64,000 bases of DNA, taken from Hyphococcus sp. (GTDB lineage Bacteria > Pseudomonadota > Alphaproteobacteria > Caulobacterales > Parvularculaceae). Location: positions 65,165-129,164 of the forward strand of contig JANQJK010000004.1 of the NCBI GenBank assembly GCA_028281665.1, given 5' to 3'. The notes below the pieces were generated by a model, which saw only the letters and a program-made list of their open reading frames with translations, was not told where the DNA came from and did no database searches. Shown piece after piece: positions 10,775-19,973 of this stretch (position 1 is the first letter of the stretch; each line of letters begins with the position of its first letter). Both the position numbers and the translations under genes were made by a program.

Positions 10775-13558
10775 TTATCCGGCGCTGGCGAGGGTGTTGG
10801 CCTCAACATCGGCGGGAAGCGCAGTCCACGCGCCGATCGCCTCGTCAAGTTCGGCCCGCTGCGTTTCGCTCAAGGCTGCGCCGACGCCTGCGGCGAGCGG
10901 GGTCGCCTGTTCGTCGCCGTTTTGCGACGCCAGCGAGTACCAGTAATAGGCTTTGCCGGCGTCCTGAAGGCCCCCTGCGGCCGGCTCGCCTTCGCCGCTT
11001 GGGTGGTAGATCGCGCCGAGATTGTACTGGGAGTCGACAAGCCCGCGATTGGCGGCCTGCTCGAACCAGCCGATCGCTTCCGGCGTGTTTGCAGAGCCGC
11101 CTTCGCCGCGCGCCGTCATGACGCCCACGCGGTGCATGGCGAGGACATTGCCGCCATTGGCCGCGCGCCGGAACCAGGTTCGCGCCTGGGAGAGATCCTG
11201 ATCGACGCCCTGGCCGGTCTTGTACAACTCGCCCAGTTGCAGTTGCGCCGGCGGATGGCCGAGCAGCGCGGCTTGTTCAAGTTTCTCCATGGCGATGCCC
11301 GTCTCCGCGTCATTGCCGGCGGCATTCAGTCCCGTCATGGCGTCGCGATAGAGCGTCGTCGGATCGATGGCGGGCGGCGCCGGCGCTTCAAGCGTCGGTT
11401 CCGTCGCGGCCTCGCCGGCGGGCGCCGCCGTCGCCGCCGGGGGCTGCACGCCCTCTTCGGTGCGCGGCGAGAACACGAAGTCTTTCACGAGGAAAAACAG
11501 GAGCCCCAGAACGAGGAAAATGCCGACGCCGAGCGCCAGCGTTACAGGCCGGGTGGCCGCCGTCGACTTGAGCGTTTCCAGTGCTTCCTGATCGCCGTCG
11601 GCGTCTCTTTGATCGAGATCGGCCGTAGTTGCATCGCGGTCGTCGTCGGATTTTTCCTTCGCGCCGCCGAAGAACGGAAACCTTGCGCGAAACTCGGCGA
11701 ATTTGCCGCCGTCGTCAGAGTCATCTTGCTGCTCCACGGCGCTTTCGGCAAAATCATCATGGGGCGGTTTTTCATCGGCGCCGGCGGCGAGGGCTTTCTT
11801 CGTCGCCGCCGCCTTTTGCGCGTCTTCGTCGGCGCCCTGTTCCAGAAGCCGCTTGCGCCGCGCGCGCGCGGCGAGAATGGCCTTCTGCTTCGGCGTCAGT
11901 TTCCGTCGTGTCGGCCTGCCGCTTTCCTCGCTGGTTGCGCGGGCCGCGGCGTCTTCGCGCGCTTTGCGCCGGATCGATTTCAGGAGGTCTTCCTTACTGG
12001 GCTGGGCGCTTGCAGAATCTTCATCGCCGGATTCCGCCTCAGCTTGTTCCGCGCCATCCGCATTGGCGCCGGACTGCGCTTCGGCAACCGGCGGCGGATC
12101 GTCGGAAGCGGCTTCCGCGGGCGTCTCTCCGACATCGTCGAGACCGGCAAGCAACTCATCGAGTTCTGAATCGATAGAGTCTTTTGCTTCTTCCGTATCG
12201 TCATCGCTTGCCTCGACGTCGTCGGATTTTGCGTCGTCCGGACTTTGCGTCGTCCCTGAAAACGCCCCTTGCACTTCCGACAGGATCGCCGCCCCTTCAG
12301 GATCTTCGACGGCTTCGTCACCAGTGTTGTCGTCTTCAAGCTCGAAGGAAAAGTCATCTTCCCGCTCGGACGCCGGCGTTTCCTCAATCGATGCGTCGAT
12401 CTCGTCGGCGAAGGAAAAGAAATCGTCGTCATCGTCTTCGTCATCGCTCGCGGCGGCAGTCTCCGGCGTCTCCTCGGACGCTGATGACGGCTCGTCGCCA
12501 ATCAACTCAAGATCGGTGAGATCGTCGGTTGCGTTGTCGTCTCCGCCTGGAGCCGGTTCCGCCAGCGCAGCAGTTTCCTCGGGAAGCGTTGGCGTGCTGT
12601 CAGTTGTCTCGGCGTCTTCGGCGGCGAAGTTTTCAACGCCGCCCGCAGCGTCAAGGCGTGCAATCATTCTTTCGAAGGACGTCTGCAACCGATCAACGCG
12701 GTCGGTGGTGTCGCGCGTGTGATCGGCGACGACGGCGGCGATATCGTCCTTGTTTACGGCGTCAAACTGTTCGCCGGAAAACTTCTCGCGAAGCTCCGCA
12801 AGCGTCTCCGCAGTTTTCTGAACGCCTTCTGCGCTCCGCCGTTCCGCCGCTTCGATCTGCTGGGAAAGCTTGCCGATGGTCGTTTCGAGGGTGCGGATCT
12901 GATCGCCCCCGCGTTTGATTTCATCGCCGAGCACGCGCAGCCGATTGTCGGTGCTTTCGACGAACGCCGGATCGCCGCCTTGCCCTTGCCCCGCATCGCT
13001 GACGAGTCGCTCGGTCCGCGCCATGCGCGTTTGCAGCCCGTCAACAGCATCTTTCAGGAATCCGACCCCGGACGCGTCCTCGCCGCCGGCGCTGTCGATC
13101 TGCGCCGTCAGCTTCTGAAGGCTTTGTTCCGACGCATCGAGACGCTCCAGCGTTGTCTTTTGCGCATTGCTGAACTGAACGGCGACCTGGGAGACGGCTT
13201 TCTCAAGCGCCTTTAACGCGTCGACGCGTTCGCGGTCTCCGCCGCCGGGCTTCGTTCGCTCAAGGCGCTGCACCCGTTCTACGACATCGCCCATCTTGCG
13301 CGACAGGTCTGTGACCGCTTCGCCGCTCTCGGCGGAGCTGTCGGCGATGCGCTTGTGCAGATGATCGATGGCGGTGACGACATCGCGCAGCTTCAGTCCC
13401 TCGACATTGCCGCCGGAGCTTTCGGGATCGCCCGCGGCGTAAATCATCTGATTCAGCCATTCGCCGACTGTCATGCCTTCACGCTTCGCCGCCTCTTTAG
13501 CGGTCTCGCGAGCGTCTCTCTCTATGCCTTTGACGCTCCAGGGCGCATTTGACTTCAT
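10775..13558 (-). CDS. podJ: PodJ-like polar localisation factor with C-terminal Sel1/TPR repeats
   Basis: N-terminus APWSVKGIERDARETAKEAAKREGMTVGEWLNQMI, then coiled-coil segments, a ~300-aa Asp/Glu-rich tract, one TM segment (VTLALGVGIFLVLGLLFFLV) and Sel1 repeats (LGELYKTGQGVDQDLSQARTWFRRAA, AMHRVGVM). ATG 13558 is preferred over GTG 13567. Confidence 0.7.
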   Translation of the reverse strand: MKSNAPWSVKGIERDARETAKEAAKREGMTVGEWLNQMIYAAGDPESSGGNVEGLKLRDVVTAIDHLHKRIADSSAESGEAVTDLSRKMGDVVERVQRLERTKPGGGDRERVDALKALEKAVSQVAVQFSNAQKTTLERLDASEQSLQKLTAQIDSAGGEDASGVGFLKDAVDGLQTRMARTERLVSDAGQGQGGDPAFVESTDNRLRVLGDEIKRGGDQIRTLETTIGKLSQQIEAAERRSAEGVQKTAETLAELREKFSGEQFDAVNKDDIAAVVADHTRDTTDRVDRLQTSFERMIARLDAAGGVENFAAEDAETTDSTPTLPEETAALAEPAPGGDDNATDDLTDLELIGDEPSSASEETPETAAASDDEDDDDDFFSFADEIDASIEETPASEREDDFSFELEDDNTGDEAVEDPEGAAILSEVQGAFSGTTQSPDDAKSDDVEASDDDTEEAKDSIDSELDELLAGLDDVGETPAEAASDDPPPVAEAQSGANADGAEQAEAESGDEDSASAQPSKEDLLKSIRRKAREDAAARATSEESGRPTRRKLTPKQKAILAARARRKRLLEQGADEDAQKAAATKKALAAGADEKPPHDDFAESAVEQQDDSDDGGKFAEFRARFPFFGGAKEKSDDDRDATTADLDQRDADGDQEALETLKSTAATRPVTLALGVGIFLVLGLLFFLVKDFVFSPRTEEGVQPPAATAAPAGEAATEPTLEAPAPPAIDPTTLYRDAMTGLNAAGNDAETGIAMEKLEQAALLGHPPAQLQLGELYKTGQGVDQDLSQARTWFRRAANGGNVLAMHRVGVMTARGEGGSANTPEAIGWFEQAANRGLVDSQYNLGAIYHPSGEGEPAAGGLQDAGKAYYWYSLASQNGDEQATPLAAGVGAALSETQRAELDEAIGAWTALPADVEANTLASAG

Positions 13559-13882
13559 CGCTGTCACCGGTCTGTCGCGGAGAATTCCGCCTATTTGTTT
13601 TTCGGCGCCATGCGGGCTCGATGCCGTTATGGACTTGCGTTAAGTTGCTTTGTTGAGGCGACAAAGCCGTTTCCGGCCCTCCCGTCACACACGTCAGCAA
13701 AACGTTAACGGCGATTCGCGCATATCCGCCCCGTTTTTGGCGCATATGAGGAAAAATACCCGTTCTGGGCGAAACGCCTGCAAGTAGAGTGGGTCAGAAC
13801 GGCTACAGCGCCTCATATGGCTGGGTTCGCGGCTGAGGCGCTATTGAGCCGCACCGACGTAGGGTGCGTATTCTAAACGGCG

Positions 13883-13896
13883 ACACTACATAGTGT
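13883..13896. promoter_or_regulatory. Perfect 14-bp palindrome ACACTACATAGTGT, a candidate operator
   Basis: Seen directly in the sequence, 46 bp upstream of the acyl-CoA dehydrogenase ATG. Confidence 0.3.
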
Positions 13897-13941
13897 AGCA
13901 AGAGACATGTGTGACCGAGAGGTTCGAATTGAGGAACGGCG

Positions 13942-15723
13942 ATGACCCAATATGCAGCTCCGACGACCGATATGAAGTTTGTCCTGAACGAGGTTCTACA
14001 GATTTCAAAGTACTCGAATTTGCCAGGATTTTCAGAAGTTAACGAGGAACTTCTTGATGCAATTCTTGAAGAGGGCGGGAAGCTTGCGGCGAATGTCCTG
14101 CACCCCATCAACCATTCCGGCGACAAGGAGGGCTGCACCCGTCACGATGACGGGTCCGTGACGACGCCGAAAGGCATGCCCGAGGCGTACGACGCCTATC
14201 GCGAAGGCGGCTGGCAGGGGCTTTCTTTCGACCCGGACTATGGCGGACAGGGGCTCCCGAATGTGCTCGGTCTCGCCGTCAGCGAAATGATGTCCGGCGC
14301 GAACATGGCGTTCGCTATGTATCCGGGGCTTTCCCGCGGGGCGGCGAACGCCATTCACGCCCACGGGAGCGACGACCAGAAATCGAAGTGGCTGCCGAAA
14401 ATGATCGCGGGGGACTGGGGCGGCACGATGAACCTGACCGAGCCCCATTGCGGCACGGATCTCGGGCTCCTGAAATCGAAAGCGGTTCCTGCCGGCGACG
14501 GGTCTTTCAAAGTCAGCGGACAGAAGATCTTCATCTCGTCCGGCGAACACGACCTGACCGAGAATATCATTCACCTGGTGCTGGCGCGCATTGAAGGGGC
14601 GCCGGAAGGCACAAAGGGGATTTCGCTTTTCATCGTTCCGAAATTCCTCGTCAATGACGACGGATCGCTGGGCGCGCGCAACGGCGTTTCCTGCGGGTCG
14701 ATCGAAGAGAAAATGGGCATTCACGCCAACTCGACCTGCGTGATGAACTATGACGAGGCCACTGGATATCTGCTCGGCGAGGAGAATAAGGGCCTCAAAG
14801 CCATGTTCACGATGATGAACGAGGCCCGTCTCGGCGTCGCCATGCAGGGCATGGCGATTTCGGAAGTTTCCTATCAGAACGGCGCGGCCTACGCGAAGGA
14901 ACGGTTGCAGGGCCGCGCACTCACCGGCCCCGCAGAGCCGGACAAGCCGGCGGACCCGATCATCGTTCATCCCGATGTGCGCCGTATGCTGATGGATCAG
15001 CGCGCCTTTACCGAGGGCGCCCGGGCATGGATCTACTGGACCGCGCTCCACGGCGATCTTCAGGAACTGGCCGAAGACGAGGAAACCCGTCAGAAGGCTG
15101 ACGACTATATGGGCCTGATGACGCCGATCCTGAAATCGTACCTGACGGAAAAAGGCTACTGGCACGCGACCAACGCCCAGCAGGTGCTCGGCGGGCACGG
15201 GTATATTCAGGAATGGGGCATGGAGCAGTTCGTGCGCGACGCGCGTATCGCGCTGATTTATGAAGGCGCGAACGGCATTCAGGCGCTCGACCTTGTCGGC
15301 CGAAAGCTGATGAAGGACGGCGGTCGCGCCTGGCAGAGTTTCTTTGCCGAAATCGACGAATTCGTCGCCGACAATCAGGGCAATGATGAACTGGCGCCGT
15401 TTCTTGACGGGCTGAAACTCGCAAAAGAGCGCACGGAGGAAGCAACCCAATGGCTTGCCGCGAACGCCATGCAGAACTTCAATCACGCCGGCGCGGGATC
15501 GATGGACTATCTGAACCTCTTTGCCCTGAACTGCCTCGCATACGCCTGGGCGATGAGCGCAAAGTCGGCCATCGAAAAGAAAGGCGAGGGCGATTTTTAC
15601 GGCAACAAGCTGGTCACGGGAAAATACTTTCTGGAGCGCATCCTGCCGGATGGCGCGGCGTATCTGGAGAAGATAAAAACCGGCGCCGACACGATGATGG
15701 CGTTGCCGGCGGAAGCGTTCTAG
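13942..15723 (+). CDS. Large acyl-CoA dehydrogenase (FadE-like, with extra N- and C-terminal domains)
   Basis: 593 aa. Contains MNLTEPHCGTDLG, the GHGYIQEWGMEQFVRDARI catalytic region and IYEGANGIQALDLVGRK. Confidence 0.85.
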   Translation: MTQYAAPTTDMKFVLNEVLQISKYSNLPGFSEVNEELLDAILEEGGKLAANVLHPINHSGDKEGCTRHDDGSVTTPKGMPEAYDAYREGGWQGLSFDPDYGGQGLPNVLGLAVSEMMSGANMAFAMYPGLSRGAANAIHAHGSDDQKSKWLPKMIAGDWGGTMNLTEPHCGTDLGLLKSKAVPAGDGSFKVSGQKIFISSGEHDLTENIIHLVLARIEGAPEGTKGISLFIVPKFLVNDDGSLGARNGVSCGSIEEKMGIHANSTCVMNYDEATGYLLGEENKGLKAMFTMMNEARLGVAMQGMAISEVSYQNGAAYAKERLQGRALTGPAEPDKPADPIIVHPDVRRMLMDQRAFTEGARAWIYWTALHGDLQELAEDEETRQKADDYMGLMTPILKSYLTEKGYWHATNAQQVLGGHGYIQEWGMEQFVRDARIALIYEGANGIQALDLVGRKLMKDGGRAWQSFFAEIDEFVADNQGNDELAPFLDGLKLAKERTEEATQWLAANAMQNFNHAGAGSMDYLNLFALNCLAYAWAMSAKSAIEKKGEGDFYGNKLVTGKYFLERILPDGAAYLEKIKTGADTMMALPAEAF

Positions 15724-15881
15724 CGTCGGCGTTTTCCGCGCTGTTTTAGTATTGGCGGCGAGCGGGCGACAATATGCCGTTTGCCGCCTTTATTTTGCGA
15801 TAAAGCGATCTTGTGCGCGTTGCGACGTCCTTTAGGGTCGGCGAAAACTCTTCGAATTCAACATCAAATGACGAGGGCGAA

Positions 15882-17750
15882 ATGAAACAGAAAATTCTCC
15901 TGGTGCTGTTGGGCGCCACCGCTTTGACAGCATGCGGCCAGGAAACGACGTCGCCGCCGCAAAACACCGTGCAGGAAGCATCGGCCGAGCCGACCGCCGA
16001 AGCCGTCGAAGCGGAAACGGAGCGCCTTGATCAGTGGTTCGCCGAGCGGTGGGAAGAGGAACTGGATTTCAGCCCGATCTTCAAAACGTTTCTCGGTCGC
16101 AAGGACAACTACGCCGAGATCGACGACTTTTCCGAGGACGCAGCGGACGAACAGCTGGAGTGGCGCCGGGCGGCGGCTGCCGAGCTGAAAAACAACTTCG
16201 ATTACGACCTGCTGACTCAGGAAGCGAAAATTTCATACGACATCTGGCTTTATCAGCTTGAGTTGGACGAGGCTGTGCTCCCCTTCCGCCGGCGCGGCTA
16301 TGTTTTCCATCAGATGAACGGGCCGCATTCGTTCCTGCCGAACTTCATGATCAACTTCCACAAAGTAGAAACGGCGGACGAGATGCGCGCTTACGTAACG
16401 CGTATCGGTGAGATTTCACGGGCGGCCGGGCAGGCGCTGGAGCGCGCGCAACTTGCCGCCGGGGAGGGCGTTCATGCGCCGCGTTTCGCCTATGAAGGCG
16501 TGAAGCAGCAATCGCAGGCGCTGATTACCGGCGCGCCGTTCGACGGCGAGGGCGATTCGCCCCTGTGGGGAGACGCAAATCGCAAGATTGCCGCGCTCGT
16601 CGAAGCGGGAGAGATCGACGAGGCGACCGCCGAGGACATGCGCAACGCGGCGCGCGAGGCGCTGATCAACGAGTTCAAGCCGGCTTACGACGCGCTAATC
16701 GCCTGGTTCGATGAAGACGTCGCCAACTCGCCGGAAATCGCCACCGGCGTCGGCGCCCTGCCGGATGGCGAGGGGTACTACAAGGAACGGCTCGCGGCGT
16801 CGACCACAACGGACATGACGGCTGACGAAGTTCACGAGCTGGGTCTTGCCGAGGTCACGCGCATTCGCGCCGAGATGGAAGCCATCAAGGAAGCGGTCGG
16901 CTTTGAAGGAACGTTGCAGGAGTTTTTCACCTTCGTGCGTGAAGACGACCAGTTCTACTATGCGAACACCGACGAAGGCCGCGAAGCTTATTTGCAGGCG
17001 GCGCGCGATCACCTTGAGTTCATCAACACAAGGCTTTCGGATTATTTCGGCCTGCTGCCGAAAGCGGATCTTGTGGTCAAGCGCGTCGAGGCGTTTCGGG
17101 AGCAGGATGGCGGCGCGCAGCATTATTTCCCGGGCACGCCGGACGGTTCGCGCCCCGGCATCTTCTACGCCCATCTTTCCGACATGAAATCCATGCCGAT
17201 CCCCCAGCTTGAAGTGATCGCCTATCACGAAGGCAATCCGGGTCATCACATGCAGAACTCGATTGCCCAGGAAGTTGAGGGCCTGCCGGAATTTCGCAAT
17301 CAGGCCGGCTTCACTTCCTATGGCGAGGGCTGGGCGCTTTACTCCGAACTCCTGGCGAAAGAGATGGGGGCTTACGCCGATCCCTATTCCGATTTCGGGC
17401 GCCTGACGACGGAGATCTGGCGCGCCATCCGCCTTGTGGTCGACACAGGGCTGCATTCCAAAGGCTGGACCGAACAGGAGGCGATCGACTATTTCACGGC
17501 GAACTCGCCGGCCGCCGCAGGCCAGATCAAATCGGAAGTTCAGCGCTATATCGTCATGCCGGGGCAGGCGACGGCCTATAAGGTCGGCATGCTGAAGATT
17601 CAGGAGCTGCGCGCACGAGCGGAAACCGAGCTGGGCGAGGATTTCGATATCCGTGAATTCCACGACATGGTGCTCGGCGGCGGAGCCATGCCCCTCGCCA
17701 TTCTCGAACGGCGGATCGACGCCTGGATCGCGGCTGAAAAAGCAGCCTGA
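15882..17750 (+). CDS. DUF885 family lipoprotein
   Basis: Trimmed to MKQKILLVLLGATALTACGQ (lipobox LTAC). Contains the HEGNPGHHMQ motif characteristic of DUF885. Confidence 0.8.
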   Translation: MKQKILLVLLGATALTACGQETTSPPQNTVQEASAEPTAEAVEAETERLDQWFAERWEEELDFSPIFKTFLGRKDNYAEIDDFSEDAADEQLEWRRAAAAELKNNFDYDLLTQEAKISYDIWLYQLELDEAVLPFRRRGYVFHQMNGPHSFLPNFMINFHKVETADEMRAYVTRIGEISRAAGQALERAQLAAGEGVHAPRFAYEGVKQQSQALITGAPFDGEGDSPLWGDANRKIAALVEAGEIDEATAEDMRNAAREALINEFKPAYDALIAWFDEDVANSPEIATGVGALPDGEGYYKERLAASTTTDMTADEVHELGLAEVTRIRAEMEAIKEAVGFEGTLQEFFTFVREDDQFYYANTDEGREAYLQAARDHLEFINTRLSDYFGLLPKADLVVKRVEAFREQDGGAQHYFPGTPDGSRPGIFYAHLSDMKSMPIPQLEVIAYHEGNPGHHMQNSIAQEVEGLPEFRNQAGFTSYGEGWALYSELLAKEMGAYADPYSDFGRLTTEIWRAIRLVVDTGLHSKGWTEQEAIDYFTANSPAAAGQIKSEVQRYIVMPGQATAYKVGMLKIQELRARAETELGEDFDIREFHDMVLGGGAMPLAILERRIDAWIAAEKAA

Positions 17751-18003
17751 CGCACCTCTACGCCGCGCGGAGTTCAGCGAAGTCCGCGCGGTTCTTTAAG
17801 CATCTTTGCCACATAGGGGTATGGTCCGGCATATGATCCGTGCCGGGAGTAAAGTGTTTGCCGCTGCCATTTGCAATTTGATTCAATTTGCCGGTTAATC
17901 CGGCGTAACATATTGAAATACGCCACATTTTGGCCGAATTCGGGCGCGAGAAAAAATCATCGGCAAGCCGGCGGCGGCGCTGGCTCGCACAGTAAAAAGT
18001 TGA

Positions 18004-18207
18004 GTGGTGAGTAAGATGACGAAATCGACCTATCTCTTTGAAATCCTCGATGATGACGGCAGGTCCGTGAGGCGCTTTTCACAGCGCTGCACCAATCTGT
18101 CGGCGCAGGAGCGCACCAAGTCGATCCTGGAAATGACGCCGGAAGCGGCGGCGGTGATCGGCGCGGAGGCCCACGGTCACGCGGTGCATTCGGCCTACCG
18201 GCAGTAG
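18004..18207 (+). CDS. Small hypothetical protein (63-67 aa)
   Basis: GC3 is high across the ORF, so it looks coding. The likely start is ATG 18016 (MTKSTYLFEIL). I recognise no family. Its stop lies 1 nt from the vsr stop on the other strand. Confidence 0.4.
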   Translation: MVSKMTKSTYLFEILDDDGRSVRRFSQRCTNLSAQERTKSILEMTPEAAAVIGAEAHGHAVHSAYRQ

Positions 18208-18208
18208 C

Positions 18209-18622
18209 TCAGTCGCTGCGGATAGGCAGCGACCCCGGGTCTAGCGTCGGGATTTCACACTCCCAGACCGTAATGACCCGCCAGCCCATCGCTTCGAGCG
18301 CCTTTTTGTTTTTGCGGTCGCGCGCCCGGTTCTTCGCGATCTTGTCGCGCCAGTATTGCGCGTTTGATTTCGGCTTCCGGCGGCCGCGCTTGCAGCCATG
18401 ACCGTGCCAGAAACATCCGTGTACGAATAAGACCGCGCGATGCCGCGGAAAGACGAGATCGGGCTTGCCCGGCAGGTCTTTCACATTCAGCCGGTAGCGA
18501 AACCCGAGCGCATGCAAAGCCTTGCGCAGGCGCAGTTCCGGCTTCGTATCCTTCGATTTGACGGCCCGCATGACCGCCGAGCGCTTCTCCGGGGAGAAGA
18601 CGTCCGTCGATTTGGCGGCCAT
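18209..18622 (-). CDS. vsr: Very-short-patch repair endonuclease
   Basis: Trimmed to MAAKSTDVFSPEKRSAVMRAVKSKDTKPELRLRKAL...FVHGCFWHGH...YWRDKIAKNRARD. The ATG overlaps the dcm stop as TAATG. Confidence 0.85.
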   Translation of the reverse strand: MAAKSTDVFSPEKRSAVMRAVKSKDTKPELRLRKALHALGFRYRLNVKDLPGKPDLVFPRHRAVLFVHGCFWHGHGCKRGRRKPKSNAQYWRDKIAKNRARDRKNKKALEAMGWRVITVWECEIPTLDPGSLPIRSD

Positions 18623-19731
18623 TAAGCCGCGTCCGCGCGGGAAGGTTCGAGCGCCGGCTCCAATATATTTTCCGCGAGCCACCGCACTACGGGCACGCAC
18701 ACGCCGTCGCCGCAGAGTTTCAACGCAGCGTTGGCGCGCGCCGGAAGTTGATAGTCTTCCGGCAGACCCATCAGCCGCGCCGCCTCGCGCGGCGACATCA
18801 GCCTCGTCCGGACAACGCCATGCTCGACCGCGATCAGGATCTGGCGCGAGGATCCGCCGGCCGGCGTTCGCAGACATCCCGCAAGGCCGTCGAACCGCGC
18901 TTCAAACCGCTGCACGGGCGCGCCGTGTTCGCGCCGGGTCCGTCGAAACCCGGCGCCGGCGCGGCGGGCGCCGCTGGCAAGGATGGCGTCGAGGCGGCTG
19001 CGCTGCAAAGCCGTCATCTGCGAAATCAGCGTTTGCGTCTTGCGCTCGCAATCCCAGTCGGGATGCAGCCAGTCGATCACATCGTCGAGATGAATATTGC
19101 GCCGCGTGCGCGGCGTCGGCAGATGCGCCGCGCCCCAGTCTTCCATCATCGACAGGCCCGGCGCATCGTCGGCGCTCGCGATGCGGGCGCGCATCCGGCC
19201 CGCAAGCGGTTGCGAAAAGCCGACAATAAACAGCCTTTGCCGCGACTGCGGAGTAAACGACGCCGCGTCGAGAACGCCCGCCGCCGCATCATACCCGGCG
19301 CCCTGAAGCAGGCGCACGATATGTTCGAAATCGCGCCCGCCATTCGAGGTGAGGAGGCCCGGCACGTTTTCAAGCACGATCATTCGCGGCGCACGCGATC
19401 TTGCCCGCAAGCCCTCAATCAACCGCCAGAATTCGAAAAACAGGCCGCTGCGCGCCGCACCCATGCCGCCGCGCCCGCCGGCAAGGGAGAGGTCCTGGCA
19501 GGGAAACGACGCCCAGGCGAGGTCGGCGCGGCCGTCCGACAGATCGTCCGCGGACAGATCGGCGATGGACGCCTCAACCAGATCGTCGCCGCAGAAATTT
19601 TCGCGATAGGCCGCGCATTTGATGGCGTCGACATCGTTGGCGAAAACGCAGCGCCAGTTTTCCCCAAGCCCAAGACGCGCCATGCCGCCGCCGGCGAAAA
19701 ACTCCAGAAAGGTGAAAGAGGACTGGCTCAT
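18622..19731 (-). CDS. dcm: DNA (cytosine-5)-methyltransferase
   Basis: 369 aa with motif I FFAGGG, motif IV FPCQDLS, motif VI ENVPGL, motif VIII QSRQRLF and motif X GDGVCVPV. Confidence 0.9.
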   Translation of the reverse strand: MSQSSFTFLEFFAGGGMARLGLGENWRCVFANDVDAIKCAAYRENFCGDDLVEASIADLSADDLSDGRADLAWASFPCQDLSLAGGRGGMGAARSGLFFEFWRLIEGLRARSRAPRMIVLENVPGLLTSNGGRDFEHIVRLLQGAGYDAAAGVLDAASFTPQSRQRLFIVGFSQPLAGRMRARIASADDAPGLSMMEDWGAAHLPTPRTRRNIHLDDVIDWLHPDWDCERKTQTLISQMTALQRSRLDAILASGARRAGAGFRRTRREHGAPVQRFEARFDGLAGCLRTPAGGSSRQILIAVEHGVVRTRLMSPREAARLMGLPEDYQLPARANAALKLCGDGVCVPVVRWLAENILEPALEPSRADAA

Positions 19732-19973
19732 AATTTTTCAGCCTAGGGAGATTCGCGCTGGGGCGCCGGCCGCCGCAATTCCGCCTTATTTGTCCGTACA
19801 CGCAGCATAGGCGCCACCATGCGGCCACATTCGCCGCGTTTTCGCCATATTTCAAGGAATTATCGCGCGTTCGTGTGTAACTAATCGCTCCCGAATCATT
19901 GACGGAGATTAACCGTTGGGCGCACAATCATCACGGGCGCAAGGGGGCCTCGCTTAACTTCAAGGAGAAGCGA

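Noticed and set aside
10478-12722. 563-aa Arg-rich and 339-aa Ser-rich plus-strand ORFs
   Set aside because: Both lie opposite the PodJ-like gene's acidic low-complexity tract. GAN/GAR-rich coding DNA keeps the other frames open, and there is no independent coding evidence.
13918-13935. GGTTCGAAT, which resembles a tRNA T-loop
   Set aside because: The flanking bases do not form a T-stem. No acceptor, D or anticodon arms can be drawn in the preceding 70 nt. The sequence overlaps the SD and start region of the acyl-CoA dehydrogenase gene.
17751-19973. Search for a restriction endonuclease, integrase or transposase associated with dcm-vsr
   Set aside because: No ORF of suitable size or motif content exists on either strand apart from dcm, vsr and the 67-aa ORF. 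I therefore report it as an orphan methylase pair and not as an R-M system or mobile element.
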